A stretch of 64,000 nucleotides of DNA, from the NCBI GenBank assembly GCA_012295275.1, contig CM022665.1, positions 26,474,001 to 26,538,000 of the forward strand. The letters are read 5' to 3'. The first letter of the stretch is position 1. Each line of letters opens with the position of its first letter. Shown here piece by piece: positions 42,649-55,057 of the stretch. Made by a program: the position numbers and the translations under genes. Under the pieces are notes generated by a model. The model saw only the letters and a program-made list of their open reading frames with translations. It did not search any database and had not been told where the DNA came from. This stretch comes from Chrysomallon squamiferum. Lineage: Eukaryota; Animalia; Mollusca.

Positions 42649-45600
42649 GACCATTAAATTACATTATCATTTTTTCTTCAGATTTTATAATGTACATGCA
42701 TGTTATGGCTTGTACTTTATTTCTGGTTTTTATCAAGTGCAGCTAATTAAAAAAAAAAAAAAATTCTATTCAAATTATTTTATTTCAATGAAAACATTAA
42801 AAGTTTAGGTCAGAATAATAGCATCAGGATACAGAAAGATTATGTAAACTAAGATAGTTACGGTGATGGTCAAAGTAAAGTAAATTCACATTTACTGTCA
42901 TGTTGGCATTTTATCATCTACTTCATAATTACATTAGCTATGACCATCCATTTTTGTGTACAGTTGTTAATATATTTCAATATCTTTTATCACTTTCTTA
43001 ATTGTATCTAATCATTGACATTCTATATATATATAATAACTATTGTAAGCTGCATTATTGTTGTCAAATGTACTCAGGAGAGCTATACATTCATCCAGTG
43101 GTATAAATAAATAAATCCTTTTAAAATTAATTTTGAATAATTAATAAACAATAGCTGCAGCTTTCTGAAACAGATCTAAACAATGCAGTATAACATTATT
43201 AACATAGCTTAAAATGAAATAAACTTACAGTATGTTTAATAAGAAAGAAAATATAATATTTCCTTAACAAAAATGTATGGATATTTAAATTATTTTTAAT
43301 ATTTTTAAAACAAAACAAAAAATGGTGTCTTTTCTTGTCATTGTAATGCAATATTAATAATTACATACAAGTACATTCAGTTTTATGAATTATGCTCATG
43401 GTAGCAGTACATACGCACACACATCTTATAAATGTATTTTTAATTCAATGTCTGGTTCATTATTTGGAACTGTACATTTGTTGATTTTTACTTTTTTCTT
43501 AAAATTAAAATGCTTTTTGACCTAATACTTTTGTATAGCATTTTGTACATGAATAAAAAGTCACATTGACATGATTCTTATTATCTTAATTGTTTAACTT
43601 TGAAAAAAAATTAAATTAAAAAAACAAGCAATCTGTATAAATTTGTTTCAAGCAATTTAATTTTTTTTTAGTGTTTATTGATTTATTAGCATTGATGTAT
43701 ATATGTATAAACATGTACATGTTCAGCTAACATTGATTTTAAACATTTTTCATCCCATCAACTTCATGTACATGTATATCGAGAATTTAGTGTTAAGTAT
43801 TTAGTCAGGTAAAATTAAAAAAATTTTTTTTTTTTTTTTTTTAATTGATCTTAATAAAAAAAAAATGAATTCAATCTATGAAATGTGTATGTTGTTTTTT
43901 AATTTTCATATATAATTATTTTGTTTCTTCATTTTTAATGTAGATAGAATTTTCATTATTTTGCTGAGAAATCCTTAAGGAAGCTGAAGATTCAAATACA
44001 GAAACTCTTGTTTGATATGTTACAATATGTATTATAAATCATTTGTTTCTTACCTATGATTAAGGCAGTGTAAAATATTCACAACTGGAATGACCATTTT
44101 GGCCTCGCATGCAGATTTCCAATTTGATTCAGTTCTTCTGGTTATATCTGGAAAACCAAAGGAAGAACTTTATGAAAGGTAATTATGATATTCAAATTTC
44201 CAAAAAATACTTCCCTAACACATGTAATTTGGCATAGTTTTTGTTAGTTGAATAATTGTTTTTGTAAATCACATCAGTTATATGTAATTTTTCCTAAAAA
44301 ATTTTTTTTTAAATGGCATTTATCAGTTAAATGTTTTAAGATAGGTCTGAATTTTAGTTATTTTAACAAAGAAAGGAAAGATGTAGGTGGGTTTTACTGA
44401 TTTGTACTAAATGTCTGCTAGAAAAAAAAAGTTTAATTTATCAAATGCTAAATAGCTTATGATTATTAGCTAATAATAAAGTAACAGGTATATGGAGGCC
44501 AACACTGCCCTTTTTATTGCAACAATTTTCATAATTATGAACAATGACAAAAATTCATCACAGACTGAGGATACGGTAGTTTGTAAACCCCCACCAAAAT
44601 AAAATAAAGTTCAAACTAAATACATTCTACTTTCTTCCATATTATATTTTATCTTTTGCTCTCTAATTTTAATAATTAAGTGTAACAACAAAAAATAACA
44701 ATTGGTATATATCTTGACACAACTATTTCTCTAGTTGCAAGGCAGACCAGTAAGAGTTTCATTAGTGTGAAAAATTATAGTTCAGTAATTCAATATTTAC
44801 AATATGTTAGAAAAAAAAATTGGAAGTACAAAGAATTTTATTACATCGTGTATTTCTACTGCTATAGATTGGCCCTACATTTTAAAACATTTCGTTGTAT
44901 AAAATAGTGTCATCATTCCTACTTCCTTGTGACCTTATCGTACTTTATTATTAATTTGTTTTTTTAGATATAAAATATGTATTTAACCATTTTGTATCTA
45001 CCACTTAAGTCATACTCTAACACATTAGATATAATTTATTTGTTTGTGGTGTTTTGCACATATAGTTGATTTCGTTTCCATCAGATCACACTGGATTCTC
45101 TTCTTTCTTCAGTAAACCTCAGAATCTACAAATACGTCATTAAAAAGGTGTTAACTTCATCCACTGACAATCATACTTCTATAATTCTTGATAACAATTT
45201 TCAAAATATATTTTAGGTTAACAGCAGTGTTATAAAACACTTAAATGGTAAGAATTCATCTAGAAAACCAGGAAAATTAAATCCACTTCTAAAATTTCAA
45301 ATCCTCTGATATTTTAATAAAAATATACTAGGTCAGTGACAGTAACCCACTTAACACTACTTTTATACCCACTGCTTCTCACTTTTTCACAAGTTTTTGT
45401 CATTTAAGAAACAAAATATGGTAAATGTTTAAAATTCCACTTGTAAAGGCACGTTAATTAAAACTCACTTGCCTACAGCTCATTTATTTCAGATATCACA
45501 ATTTTTTGTTACAAATGATTTATCAAAACAGAATCAGATTTTAAAAAGTCAATTAGCATTTTGTATTTAAATTTGCTGTGCAAGAAAGAATCACTTGCTC

Positions 45601-45699
45601 TGCTGAACACTTAGCAATCCTGTTTCATAATGTCTAGGCTACCATTAGTGAATGAAAATATTCACATGCTCCATCTATAATACGCCAAGTTATACTAGA

Positions 45700-46110
45700 A
45701 TCTCCTGTATATCATCATGTTTTCTTCAATCCAGTGTAATACCAGTGTTGAAGTCTACAACAAGCAAAACTGTGTAGTTGGATGCTCATGATCATTGTTT
45801 TTCTGAAATAGACAGGAACAACAGATACTGAATTTAAGCAACCATTTCCATTGTACTATGCATTATTTAATTTTTTTAAATTTTTACAGCTTGGTCACAG
45901 TTCAGTGTTACAAATATATAGTTTATGTTGGTTATTATTCCAAACAGCAGTGTAATTATTCCCAAAAGTCCAAAATTGGCCTTAGTACATGGTCAAGCTT
46001 TGTCTCAGTAGTGAAGATGTTAAAGCACTTAGCAGGAAAACAGAATTACAAAACAACATAAATCTCTGGTAAGTACTCAAACTCCAGCTTATTGCTACAT
46101 TATTCTAATG
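45700..46110 (-). mobile_element. Possible highly decayed LINE (CR1/L2-like) endonuclease remnant
   Basis: The minus strand gives FTTETKLD (~46009-45992) and, ~250 nt later, TVLLVVDFN (~45770-45745). These resemble the ETxL and GDFN motifs of APE-type endonucleases; there are many stops. Confidence 0.35.
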
Positions 46111-47379
46111 AAAGCAACTTGCATCCTAAAGTTACCAATACATCATTTAGTGGACGTGTGATCTGTGAACACAGTATGAAAATTACAAGTATCTAGTATA
46201 GTTCTAGTAATCAAATTACAAAGTTTTTTTATTCCCTGTAGCTATGAAATCAGTTTTTTCACTGGAAAATTCTAATGACCAAACCAGAATGATCCTCCAA
46301 ATATTAGGTTGTAAATGCAATGGGACTATTTATCTACTTTTTATAGCTGAGAGTTGACCTTCTGATTTCCTTAACAAACAGAACATTTTGAGGTTTTTTT
46401 TTTGTTTTTGTTTTTTCTATCACACAGCCCAGTGTCATTTTAAATTTATTTTTTCTATTACCACAAGCAAGATTCAGTAAATTAACTAGTATATAATGAA
46501 AGTATCAACAGTTATTTAAGAACAAATTAGTAACTTTTACAAACAATAACTTAAAAATAATAATAATAAATTATGAGAGAAAGAAAGAAATTATCAGTGC
46601 ATTCATGTTCCTGTGTCTCTTAATGCAACCTCCATGGGGTTACATCAACTCTGAGACCTACTAACATAATACTTAAAGTTTGTTTTTATTTTATTATTTA
46701 TTATTCATTTTTGGTTGTTGTTTTTTTTAACTGCACTAAATTAAAGTAATTTATTTTTAAGTCAATTAATACTATAATAATGAGACGAATAGGAGTAAAA
46801 ATCACATAAAAACACGGACGCTATTTTATCGTAACAACAAACAAAAAATAAAATAAAATGATTTCAGTGTACTAAATATATTAAAAAATAAAAGTGCAAG
46901 CAAATTATATTTTATATTCAATCTTCTGTAATTAAATTCTGATTTGAAGTTAGCCATGAGTGGTTATTATTATATTTATTATTATAACTCCCTATCCAGC
47001 AAAACCGAAATACATGAAGTTCTGTATTTCATAGACGCGGTACAAAATCCTTTGTTGGCTCTTAAATTAGGTATTAGAATTATTTTCATCTTTAGTTTAC
47101 TTTAATATTGGATTTTTATACAAAAAATTAATATTTAGAAGAAAAATACATTTTCGTTACTTATTTTTAAATGTATTTACTTATATTATTTTTTATGAAT
47201 GGGACGATTAAAGTTTTATTATTCGGAACAAGGTAAATATACATAAACGTACCACATTAATTCAACCCCACTTTTTAAACTCACCAGAAAAATTAACTGC
47301 GAATGTTTTGCTAACTTTGTCAAATTTGAGATGTATATACTCGGTTTGGCAATACTGAATACTGTTTGTTTTAATTACA

Positions 47380-47654
47380 AAGACTGGATTAAAAAATATG
47401 CATGATGCAAGCGTAATTGCCTGTAGCAGGTTTTGAACTTAATTATAATTACACGGCATGACGCAGTTTTGTCGGAAAATGCCGATACCATTTTCAAGAT
47501 CGACGACGAATTTTATTGGTCGACTTGATTTATCACATATTTCACATTCGAACGAAGTAGTACGCGTTAGCAGAGTAACACAAGTAATAATTTATATAAC
47601 TAGTGTTTACGTTGAGTTTATCATTCTATGTATTTTGAAGAAGAAAAAGAAAAA

Positions 47655-47705
<51 letters not shown>

Positions 47706-48375
47706 TTTGATCTAATATAATAAACATACATGTATATAATACTTACCTAATTTGTACTCCCATGTGTCCAAAATTATGAGGCAGAGGACATTTTATTAAC
47801 TCCAATGACGTAAGATATGATCCATTACCGCAATTTTAATCAAAATCTGAGTTGTGGTTAATTTTTATTTTTATTATTATTTTTATTTTTAAACTGTGAT
47901 GACCAGTCATGGAACAACCATCAGCACCCCTCCCCTAAAGAAGATAAAATTAGTTGCTGATTTCCATAATATTTCAAGCTTCATGGCCCAAAAATGAAGG
48001 TCTGTCAATGGTCTGATATTTCCAAACAGTATTGATCACACATAGTTATCTAACAGCCTTGCTGCATGTAGCAGAATTTACTATTTAGTACATCTGATAT
48101 GGTATGTGCGTTCTATTACACTTATTTTGCTAATAATAATTGATTTTGAAACAAATAATAAAAACCTTAGAATTTTTAATACAAATTTTTGAATATTATA
48201 TTTCAGTGGATAAACGATACCTTTGTCACCAGCCAATTTTAGGTACAAGCATCGGACAGTTGTATTTAATATTACTCTGCCTGTGCGTTTTTTAACACAG
48301 CTCAGATAACATTGGTCGCTCGCTCGAAAACAACCCGACAATCTGAGAGCCAGGAACTTACAGAGAAGGTAAGAA
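47380..48375 (+). promoter_or_regulatory. Candidate promoter / non-coding first exon(s) of HDAC1 copy B
   Basis: CpG-rich patches at 47400-47610 and 48250-48368, a strong donor GAAG|GTAAGA at 48368/48369, and an acceptor tttcag at 51887 just upstream of the ATG. Confidence 0.4.
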
Positions 48376-50086
48376 AACAACTTCTCATCTTTTAGAGATC
48401 CAATTTATAGAAAAAAAGTACTTGTAAATAATTTTAAAATAAATGTGGCATATTGTGAGATTTTTTTCTTTGGGTTATTTTAAAAGCTAGGAATCAACAG
48501 TAAAATTCAACCCCAAATTTGAATTTTCTTTAATGTGAACGTGACTTCCACTATGTCGTAAACAATGCATAATTTTGATCGAATGTTTTATTTTTATTTA
48601 GGCAAGCTTAAAATAAAGAAAATAAAGGTAAATCATCCGGATGAAGAGATAATTAAAATTTGAATATTTGTTTAAACAACAACAACAAAAAAAATTCAAT
48701 TGCATTAGGTTAATTAATGCTATTATGTATATTTTATTAAATTGTAACGCACACACGCACTCGTACGCACATAGACTCGCAACTATTGCTTCTTCTTCTC
48801 AAAATAAAAATTTGAAGTTTTAAACTTGTTTAAAATATTGAACTAATCCCAGATTATCGAACTGATAATTATGTACACTGCCGTTATTAATTTGGAACGT
48901 ATTATCGGTTTCAGGTGGACACATTTATTAAATGGCTGTACACATGGACTTGGTCCTGAAGAAAAAAAATATTTGTACATTTATAATTAATATCTTGTTA
49001 TCTATGTATTTATTTAGTTATTCACTGTATTTTCGTTTCTTTTTCTCTTTGCCTTTCTGTAATTTGCACTGCAATGTTTATTTCCCTAGACTGAAATGTA
49101 CCACTGTAATACATTTGCTCATGCGATCATAATGACGTCGGCGTACGCTGAGAAATCACAAGAAAAAAAAAATATATATATATTTTTTTCTTTTTCTTTT
49201 AAAAAGAGGAAAAATTACAAGAACAGAAAATAAATAATAATAATAATAATAATTAAAAATAAATAAACAAATAAATAAAAAGAAGAAGAAGATAAGTGAA
49301 GATACTGAAATAAAGCCTTACACCTCGTGAAACTCGATAGCCTTTGTCATACACAAAATTGATAAGAAATTCTTTATTGTCCAAAATCAAATGAGTTCAT
49401 CTGGGGAAATATTTAGAGGCAAAGAACTGGAAAGCCTGAGTATTTCAGACGCTAACTTCTGCAAAACAAAGTCAAAGGGTCACATGGCTCCTATAATATA
49501 ATGAAAAGGCGCAATTTCTCCTAACCCTATGTTGGCAAGTCTTATTGCTGTAATACATATAATATTGGGGTTCGGTAGACTTTACCACTTTAATTTTGAT
49601 TTTCCATACAACATTTAATCGATACAGCCGATTGTACACACATACATTATTTGTAATACTGAAACTCGCTTGTAGATCGCTGCATCTTTGTTTACGAATA
49701 ATTTTATTAGCACTTCAGGTTTCATTTTCTTTTTCTTTATACTGACCCTGGTTCGGGGTCGGCTCAAGAGTATGTGATGCGTTCAGTGGGAGCTGTAGTC
49801 AAATTAATAAAAGATAGTTATTAAATATTATTGTTAGTAAAAATTAAGATAATATCTTGTTCATTTATTCACTGTCGAGCAGTAGATATGTCCTTTTAAA
49901 AACATATATAGATTTTACAAATACGTATATCGGCGGAGTGGAACAAAAGAAAACTGAATATACGTCGACCAGAATAAACCAGTAAGGAGAGGATAAAGAA
50001 CCTCGAAAAATGGCCGTCGTATTCATTTAACTGTTGCAGACCACTCCTAGCCCACGCTTATATCTTGTAAATGGTTGATTGGTGTT

Positions 50087-50133
<47 letters not shown>

Positions 50134-51920
50134 TTTCATATATTATTTATTGATATCAGAAAAAGTCATTCCCCCCAAAAAAAAAAAAATAAAAAAAAAA
50201 AAATATATATATATATATCCCATTAGAACTAGACTGTAGGTGTATAAAATAAAATACCAGCGGAGAAATAAGTAATTAGGATCATTATAACATGTCGCAT
50301 CCATTTCATAGTAAATAAAGGCTCAAGATAATTGTAACGATACAGTCTACATGAAACAATCGGCATCGATTAAGCATTAAGTAAATAAAGCGATTTGTTT
50401 TATTGTTTATTTATTTATTATGATCATTACAGTTATTATTACTTTTTAAAACTTTATTTAATTATTTATTTTGCTATTAAGTTTGTTTTAAAAAAATATT
50501 TTGGAAAAATAATCTGAAACGCAAAAGCATTCGGCATTGTTGATCATAAATGGATAAATAAGTTTCTAATAACTTAAAACACGCTGTTTTGAATAATACA
50601 TGTATCCTATTAAAGTATTAAAATCTTCTTAACTGTCATGAATATAAAGTTAATGTTACAAGAAATGAAAAATAGAACAATGGAACAAAATAAATAAATA
50701 AACAATTACAAAAATTAAGATTTTATTTTTATGGGTATTTCTTAGTAGTAAGTTTTCATATACCAAAAAACAAGTTTTAATCATTTGAAATCATATAAAA
50801 ATGAATTCAGTAAAACTAAAATGTTATCTATCTATCTATATAAATTAGATTTTCGTCATCTTTATAGTGTTACTGGAGAGGAAGCGTTTTTATCTTAAAT
50901 CACGTTTATTGTGATTGCATCATCCATTTTGTTCATTATAATTTTTTGTTCAGAAGCATTCGACATGTAGGTGTCGATCGTTACGTGATAATTATACGAA
51001 AATGGTATCCCCATTTTCTGACACCCTTGATACGCCCCTGAATTACACCAAGCTAATTACTTTTTTAAATCAGCTGTCATAAATAATTTGACTGAAAGTT
51101 ATACAAACATTAGGTTGGCTGAATGTTGTAGTTATTTTAACGAACTTTTGTTGATTTCTTGCTGTGTAACCATCGAATTAAAACTTCAATGTTTGAGGTG
51201 AATTTTTTTTTTTTTTTTTTTTTTGATTTTGATTTTATTTTCTAATACTAATTAAATAAAAAAAAAAAAAAAAAGAAGAAAGAAAAATTTACGACACCCA
51301 TTAATGTTTATTTGATATTTACGGATAACAAATACGTTATGGCAAAAATGTTCATATTGAGTGCATCAGGATATTACGACTTCATAAGCAATAAAAATGA
51401 CGCATAATTTTAGAATTTAAAATAATGATAATAAAAATAATAATAACGCGATAATCTCTTATGTACAAGCAGATATGTTTATGCCCATCAAAGCCCAACT
51501 GGAATGAACACCTGAAAAGAATGATAATAAAATATGTTTTTTAAATTGATGACCACATTGATGTCAACTGACACATGCTAATAACAATATCACAGTAACT
51601 TTAATACCCTAGCAGGGCATCCTGTGTTTATTAGGCCATCAGGTTGTGGGTACAAGTCGATTATTACAGAACAATTATATAATGGAAAATATTCATAAAA
51701 CCACATTATTTTAATAAACGTATTACCTTTGAGCATAGTAGAAGCTACCTGTAATAATCTTTTCCTTTAACGAACAAAACAACATCAAGAAATTTGTAAA
51801 ACTAAAAGGTTATTATTAAAGAAATACGTTTTTGGTAAACGTTTTATTTTTAAGTGATGTTTAAATTTTAATGTTTCATAATTTCAGATTTTGGAAAGTT
51901 CAGCATTTAAGACGACAGAA

Positions 51921-53486
51921 ATGACGACTTCATCTTACAAGAAAAAAATCTGCTATTATTATGATGGAGATATAGGAAATTATTATTATGGGCAGGGTCA
52001 TCCCATGAAGCCCCACAGAATACGAATGACCCATAACCTAATTCTCAATTATGGCCTATATAGAAAGATGGAGGTTTACAGACCTCACAAAGTTACTGCT
52101 GAAGAAATGACTAAATTCCACACAGATGAATACATAAAATTTCTTCAAAATATTCGTCCTGACAACATGACACAGTACACTAAGCAGATGCAGAGATTCA
52201 ATGTTGGTGAAGATTGTCCAGTCTTTGACGGCATGTTTGAGTTCTTCCAGCTGTCAACAGGTGGTTCTTTAGCAGGGGCAGTGAAGTTAAACAAACAGGA
52301 GGCTGACATTGCTGTCAACTGGGCGGGAGGATATCACCATGCCAAGAAATCGGAAGCTTCTGGTTTCTGCTATGTCAATGACATTGTTCTTGCTATCCTG
52401 GAATTGTTGAAGTATCATCAACGAGTGTTGTATGTTGACATTGACATTCACCATGGTGATGGTGTTGAGGAAGCTTTCTACACAACTGACAGAGTGATGA
52501 CAGTATCATTCCACAAGTATGGGGAGTACTTTCCTGGCACCGGCGACTTACAAGACATCGGTGCAGGAAAAGGCAGGTACTATGCAGTAAATTTCCCTCT
52601 GCGTGATGGTGTGGATGATGAATCATTTGAACGAATCTTCCAGCCAGTCATTACCAAAGTCATGGAGATGTTCCAACCCAATGTCATTGTTCTAGTTTGT
52701 GGCGCAGATTCTCTCTCAGGAGATAGATTAGGCTGCTTTAATCTCACTATAAAAGGGCATGGAAAATGTGTTGACTACATGATGAAGTGGAACCTTCCCA
52801 TACTGCTTCTAGGAGGTGGAGGCTACACAATTAGAAATGTTGCTCGCTGCTGGGCATACGAAACGGCCGTCGCCCTCAACATGGAGGTAGCTAATGAGCT
52901 TCCTTACAATGATTATTTCGAGTATTACGGACCTGACTTCAAGCTTCACATCAGTCCATCAAATATGACCAATCAAAATACTACTGAGTATCTGGACAAA
53001 ATCAAAGCCAGATTATTTGAAAACCTGAGAATGCTGCCTCATGCACCAGGCGTGCAAATGCAGTCGTCGGAAGAATCTATCTCTGACGAGACTGAAAATG
53101 AAACTGAAAACAAAAACAGAATTGACAAACGAATCTCAATACGTAGTCCCGACAAGAGAACCACAGGTTTCCAGGATATGCTGGACTACAAACATGACAA
53201 AGGTGGTCGGAGCAACAAGAATTACAAACCAATAACTAAACGTCCACGAACTGATGACAATGATAAAGAGAAAGAAATGGTTATCGAAAATAAAGAAGCG
53301 AGGAAAGAAGCAGAGACAAAGGAAGATGTTAAGCCCAGTGCAACCGACACCGAGATGAAAATGGAAGAAAACAGCGAGGTCTCTGAACAAGAAGCAGAAA
53401 GCCCAACCATTGAAATAAACGAGTCGTCAACCACAGAGGAGACTCAGAAATTAAACCAAGAGATGACGGTTCAGGAAGATCTTTGA
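51921..53486 (+). CDS. HDAC1: Histone deacetylase 1/2 paralogue, copy B, 521 aa, intronless CDS, divergent C-terminal tail
   Basis: Colinear with copy A at an offset of exactly 10811 nt through the catalytic domain. The true start is ATG 51921 ([14 protein letters not shown]), not the TTG at 51891. The HH pair, DxH, the D of GADS and the GGGGY tyrosine are retained. Confidence 0.95.
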   Translation: MTTSSYKKKICYYYDGDIGNYYYGQGHPMKPHRIRMTHNLILNYGLYRKMEVYRPHKVTAEEMTKFHTDEYIKFLQNIRPDNMTQYTKQMQRFNVGEDCPVFDGMFEFFQLSTGGSLAGAVKLNKQEADIAVNWAGGYHHAKKSEASGFCYVNDIVLAILELLKYHQRVLYVDIDIHHGDGVEEAFYTTDRVMTVSFHKYGEYFPGTGDLQDIGAGKGRYYAVNFPLRDGVDDESFERIFQPVITKVMEMFQPNVIVLVCGADSLSGDRLGCFNLTIKGHGKCVDYMMKWNLPILLLGGGGYTIRNVARCWAYETAVALNMEVANELPYNDYFEYYGPDFKLHISPSNMTNQNTTEYLDKIKARLFENLRMLPHAPGVQMQSSEESISDETENETENKNRIDKRISIRSPDKRTTGFQDMLDYKHDKGGRSNKNYKPITKRPRTDDNDKEKEMVIENKEARKEAETKEDVKPSATDTEMKMEENSEVSEQEAESPTIEINESSTTEETQKLNQEMTVQEDL

Positions 53487-53612
53487 TAATGGGGGCTTCG
53501 TTTAAATTATATTTTGTGGTATATTATCACCTCCATGTTCGATTTTTGTCAAGAAAAATAGATAACTTTTTAAATGTAACGGGTGATTTTTCTTTAAAAA
53601 AAAATAATAATA

Positions 53613-53652
<40 letters not shown>

Positions 53653-55022
53653 AAATAAAATAATCTTTTGACATAAATAAATAAAAACGAAAATTTTTAT
53701 AAAAAGAAAACGACATCAACAAAAAGAAGTAGAGAAATAAAGATGGTTGACTGTAAATTCCGGCGTATTCAAAAGTGCTAGTGAGAAGAAAAAAATGTTT
53801 CTTACATGATTCACTGTCTACTCATTTGTGGTTATTATTTTCGTTTATTTATTTTCTAACTTACGTTGTTATCATTATTATTATTATTATTATTATTATT
53901 TATCTGGAGTTTTTTAAATTTTTGTTTCTTTTTATTATTATTTTATTTTATTTTTTTTAGGCATGTAACGTCACAAAAAAGACTGGATCACGTGGAACCC
54001 ATGCTAAAAAATTTGAAATAACATTTAGGAAATAAAATATAAGATAAACTGTGTACGTTTATGTTGAGTTATCTGAGGAATTACGGTTTGGTCTGTACGT
54101 ATTCTTGCGTATTGAACAGCCGCAGTTAGCTTGTTTTCTGGAACATTTCGATCGATATTCACACAGCCGCTGGCTATGGACGTCAGTGTGCGTGTAAAAG
54201 CTTCCATTTAATGGAATGCTACCATGGGCCAGGCTGTGGTCAAGCCCATGTAAGGCGTACATGTAGTTTTAATTTTTTATTATTACGTCCTTTTCATATA
54301 CTGAAATGGAGTATTACTGGCAGCTTGGATCGGCTGAAAAGACGTTTCTTTATTTTTATTAATTTTAAAACTGATGTATTATTGCCTCATTGACAGTAAT
54401 TGATGTTTAAATATGTGTACATCATTCAGATTTTAGTAATCACTAGTCCATAATGGGTATTTGGTACTGTAGCAGTTGGGATGGTGTTTGTGCGTTCACA
54501 TTAGTTCATGTGTAGAATAACGTTTGGGGTATAAAATTCCAGTGTTTTGTGATTAAATATGATGCTAATTCAAACTAAAAAGGCCATAAAAAAATAAAAA
54601 TTATAATTGTATAATTATTAAAATAAGCAAAATAAAACGTGCCATGTTTTCTTTTCCCACAACTTAATTTCTGAAATTTTTTTTTCTTTTTTATCGTTTT
54701 TTAATTAATTTGATCATTTACGTTTGTTTTTATAACTTAAAATAAATGAATCTCGATGCATTTTTTTTTTTTTTTTCTTTAGTTAAAATCGGGTCCATTT
54801 GTTTTGAAGTTTCTGTTTTGTTGAAATTTGCTTACATGTGTGTAAATTTTCATTTTATTAATATTTCCAGCAGATCATTTATAAGTTTCATTATCATTTA
54901 CCAATGTAATATTTTTATTTATTATATTTTTTACCTTTTTTAGGTTTTTTTTTTTTTTTTTTTTTTTAAAGACAAATACTCAGGTCTGGTATTTCTTACT
55001 TAAGTCAGAAAAGTTTTAAGAG

Positions 55023-55057
<35 letters not shown>

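Noticed and set aside
51891-51920. N-terminal extension of HDAC1-B from a TTG start
   Set aside because: ATG 51921 aligns exactly with the copy A start; the TTG lies in the 5' UTR just after the acceptor.
41105-53434. Antisense and alternate-frame ORFs inside both HDAC CDSs, including the shared [16 protein letters not shown] peptide
   Set aside because: These are shadow ORFs; the shared peptide simply reflects the 198-bp identical tract.
53615-53650. Poly(A) tract after HDAC1-B as a retroposition tail
   Set aside because: Long A/T tracts are ubiquitous in this window, no target-site duplication is visible, and the shared UTR acceptor favours DNA-level duplication.
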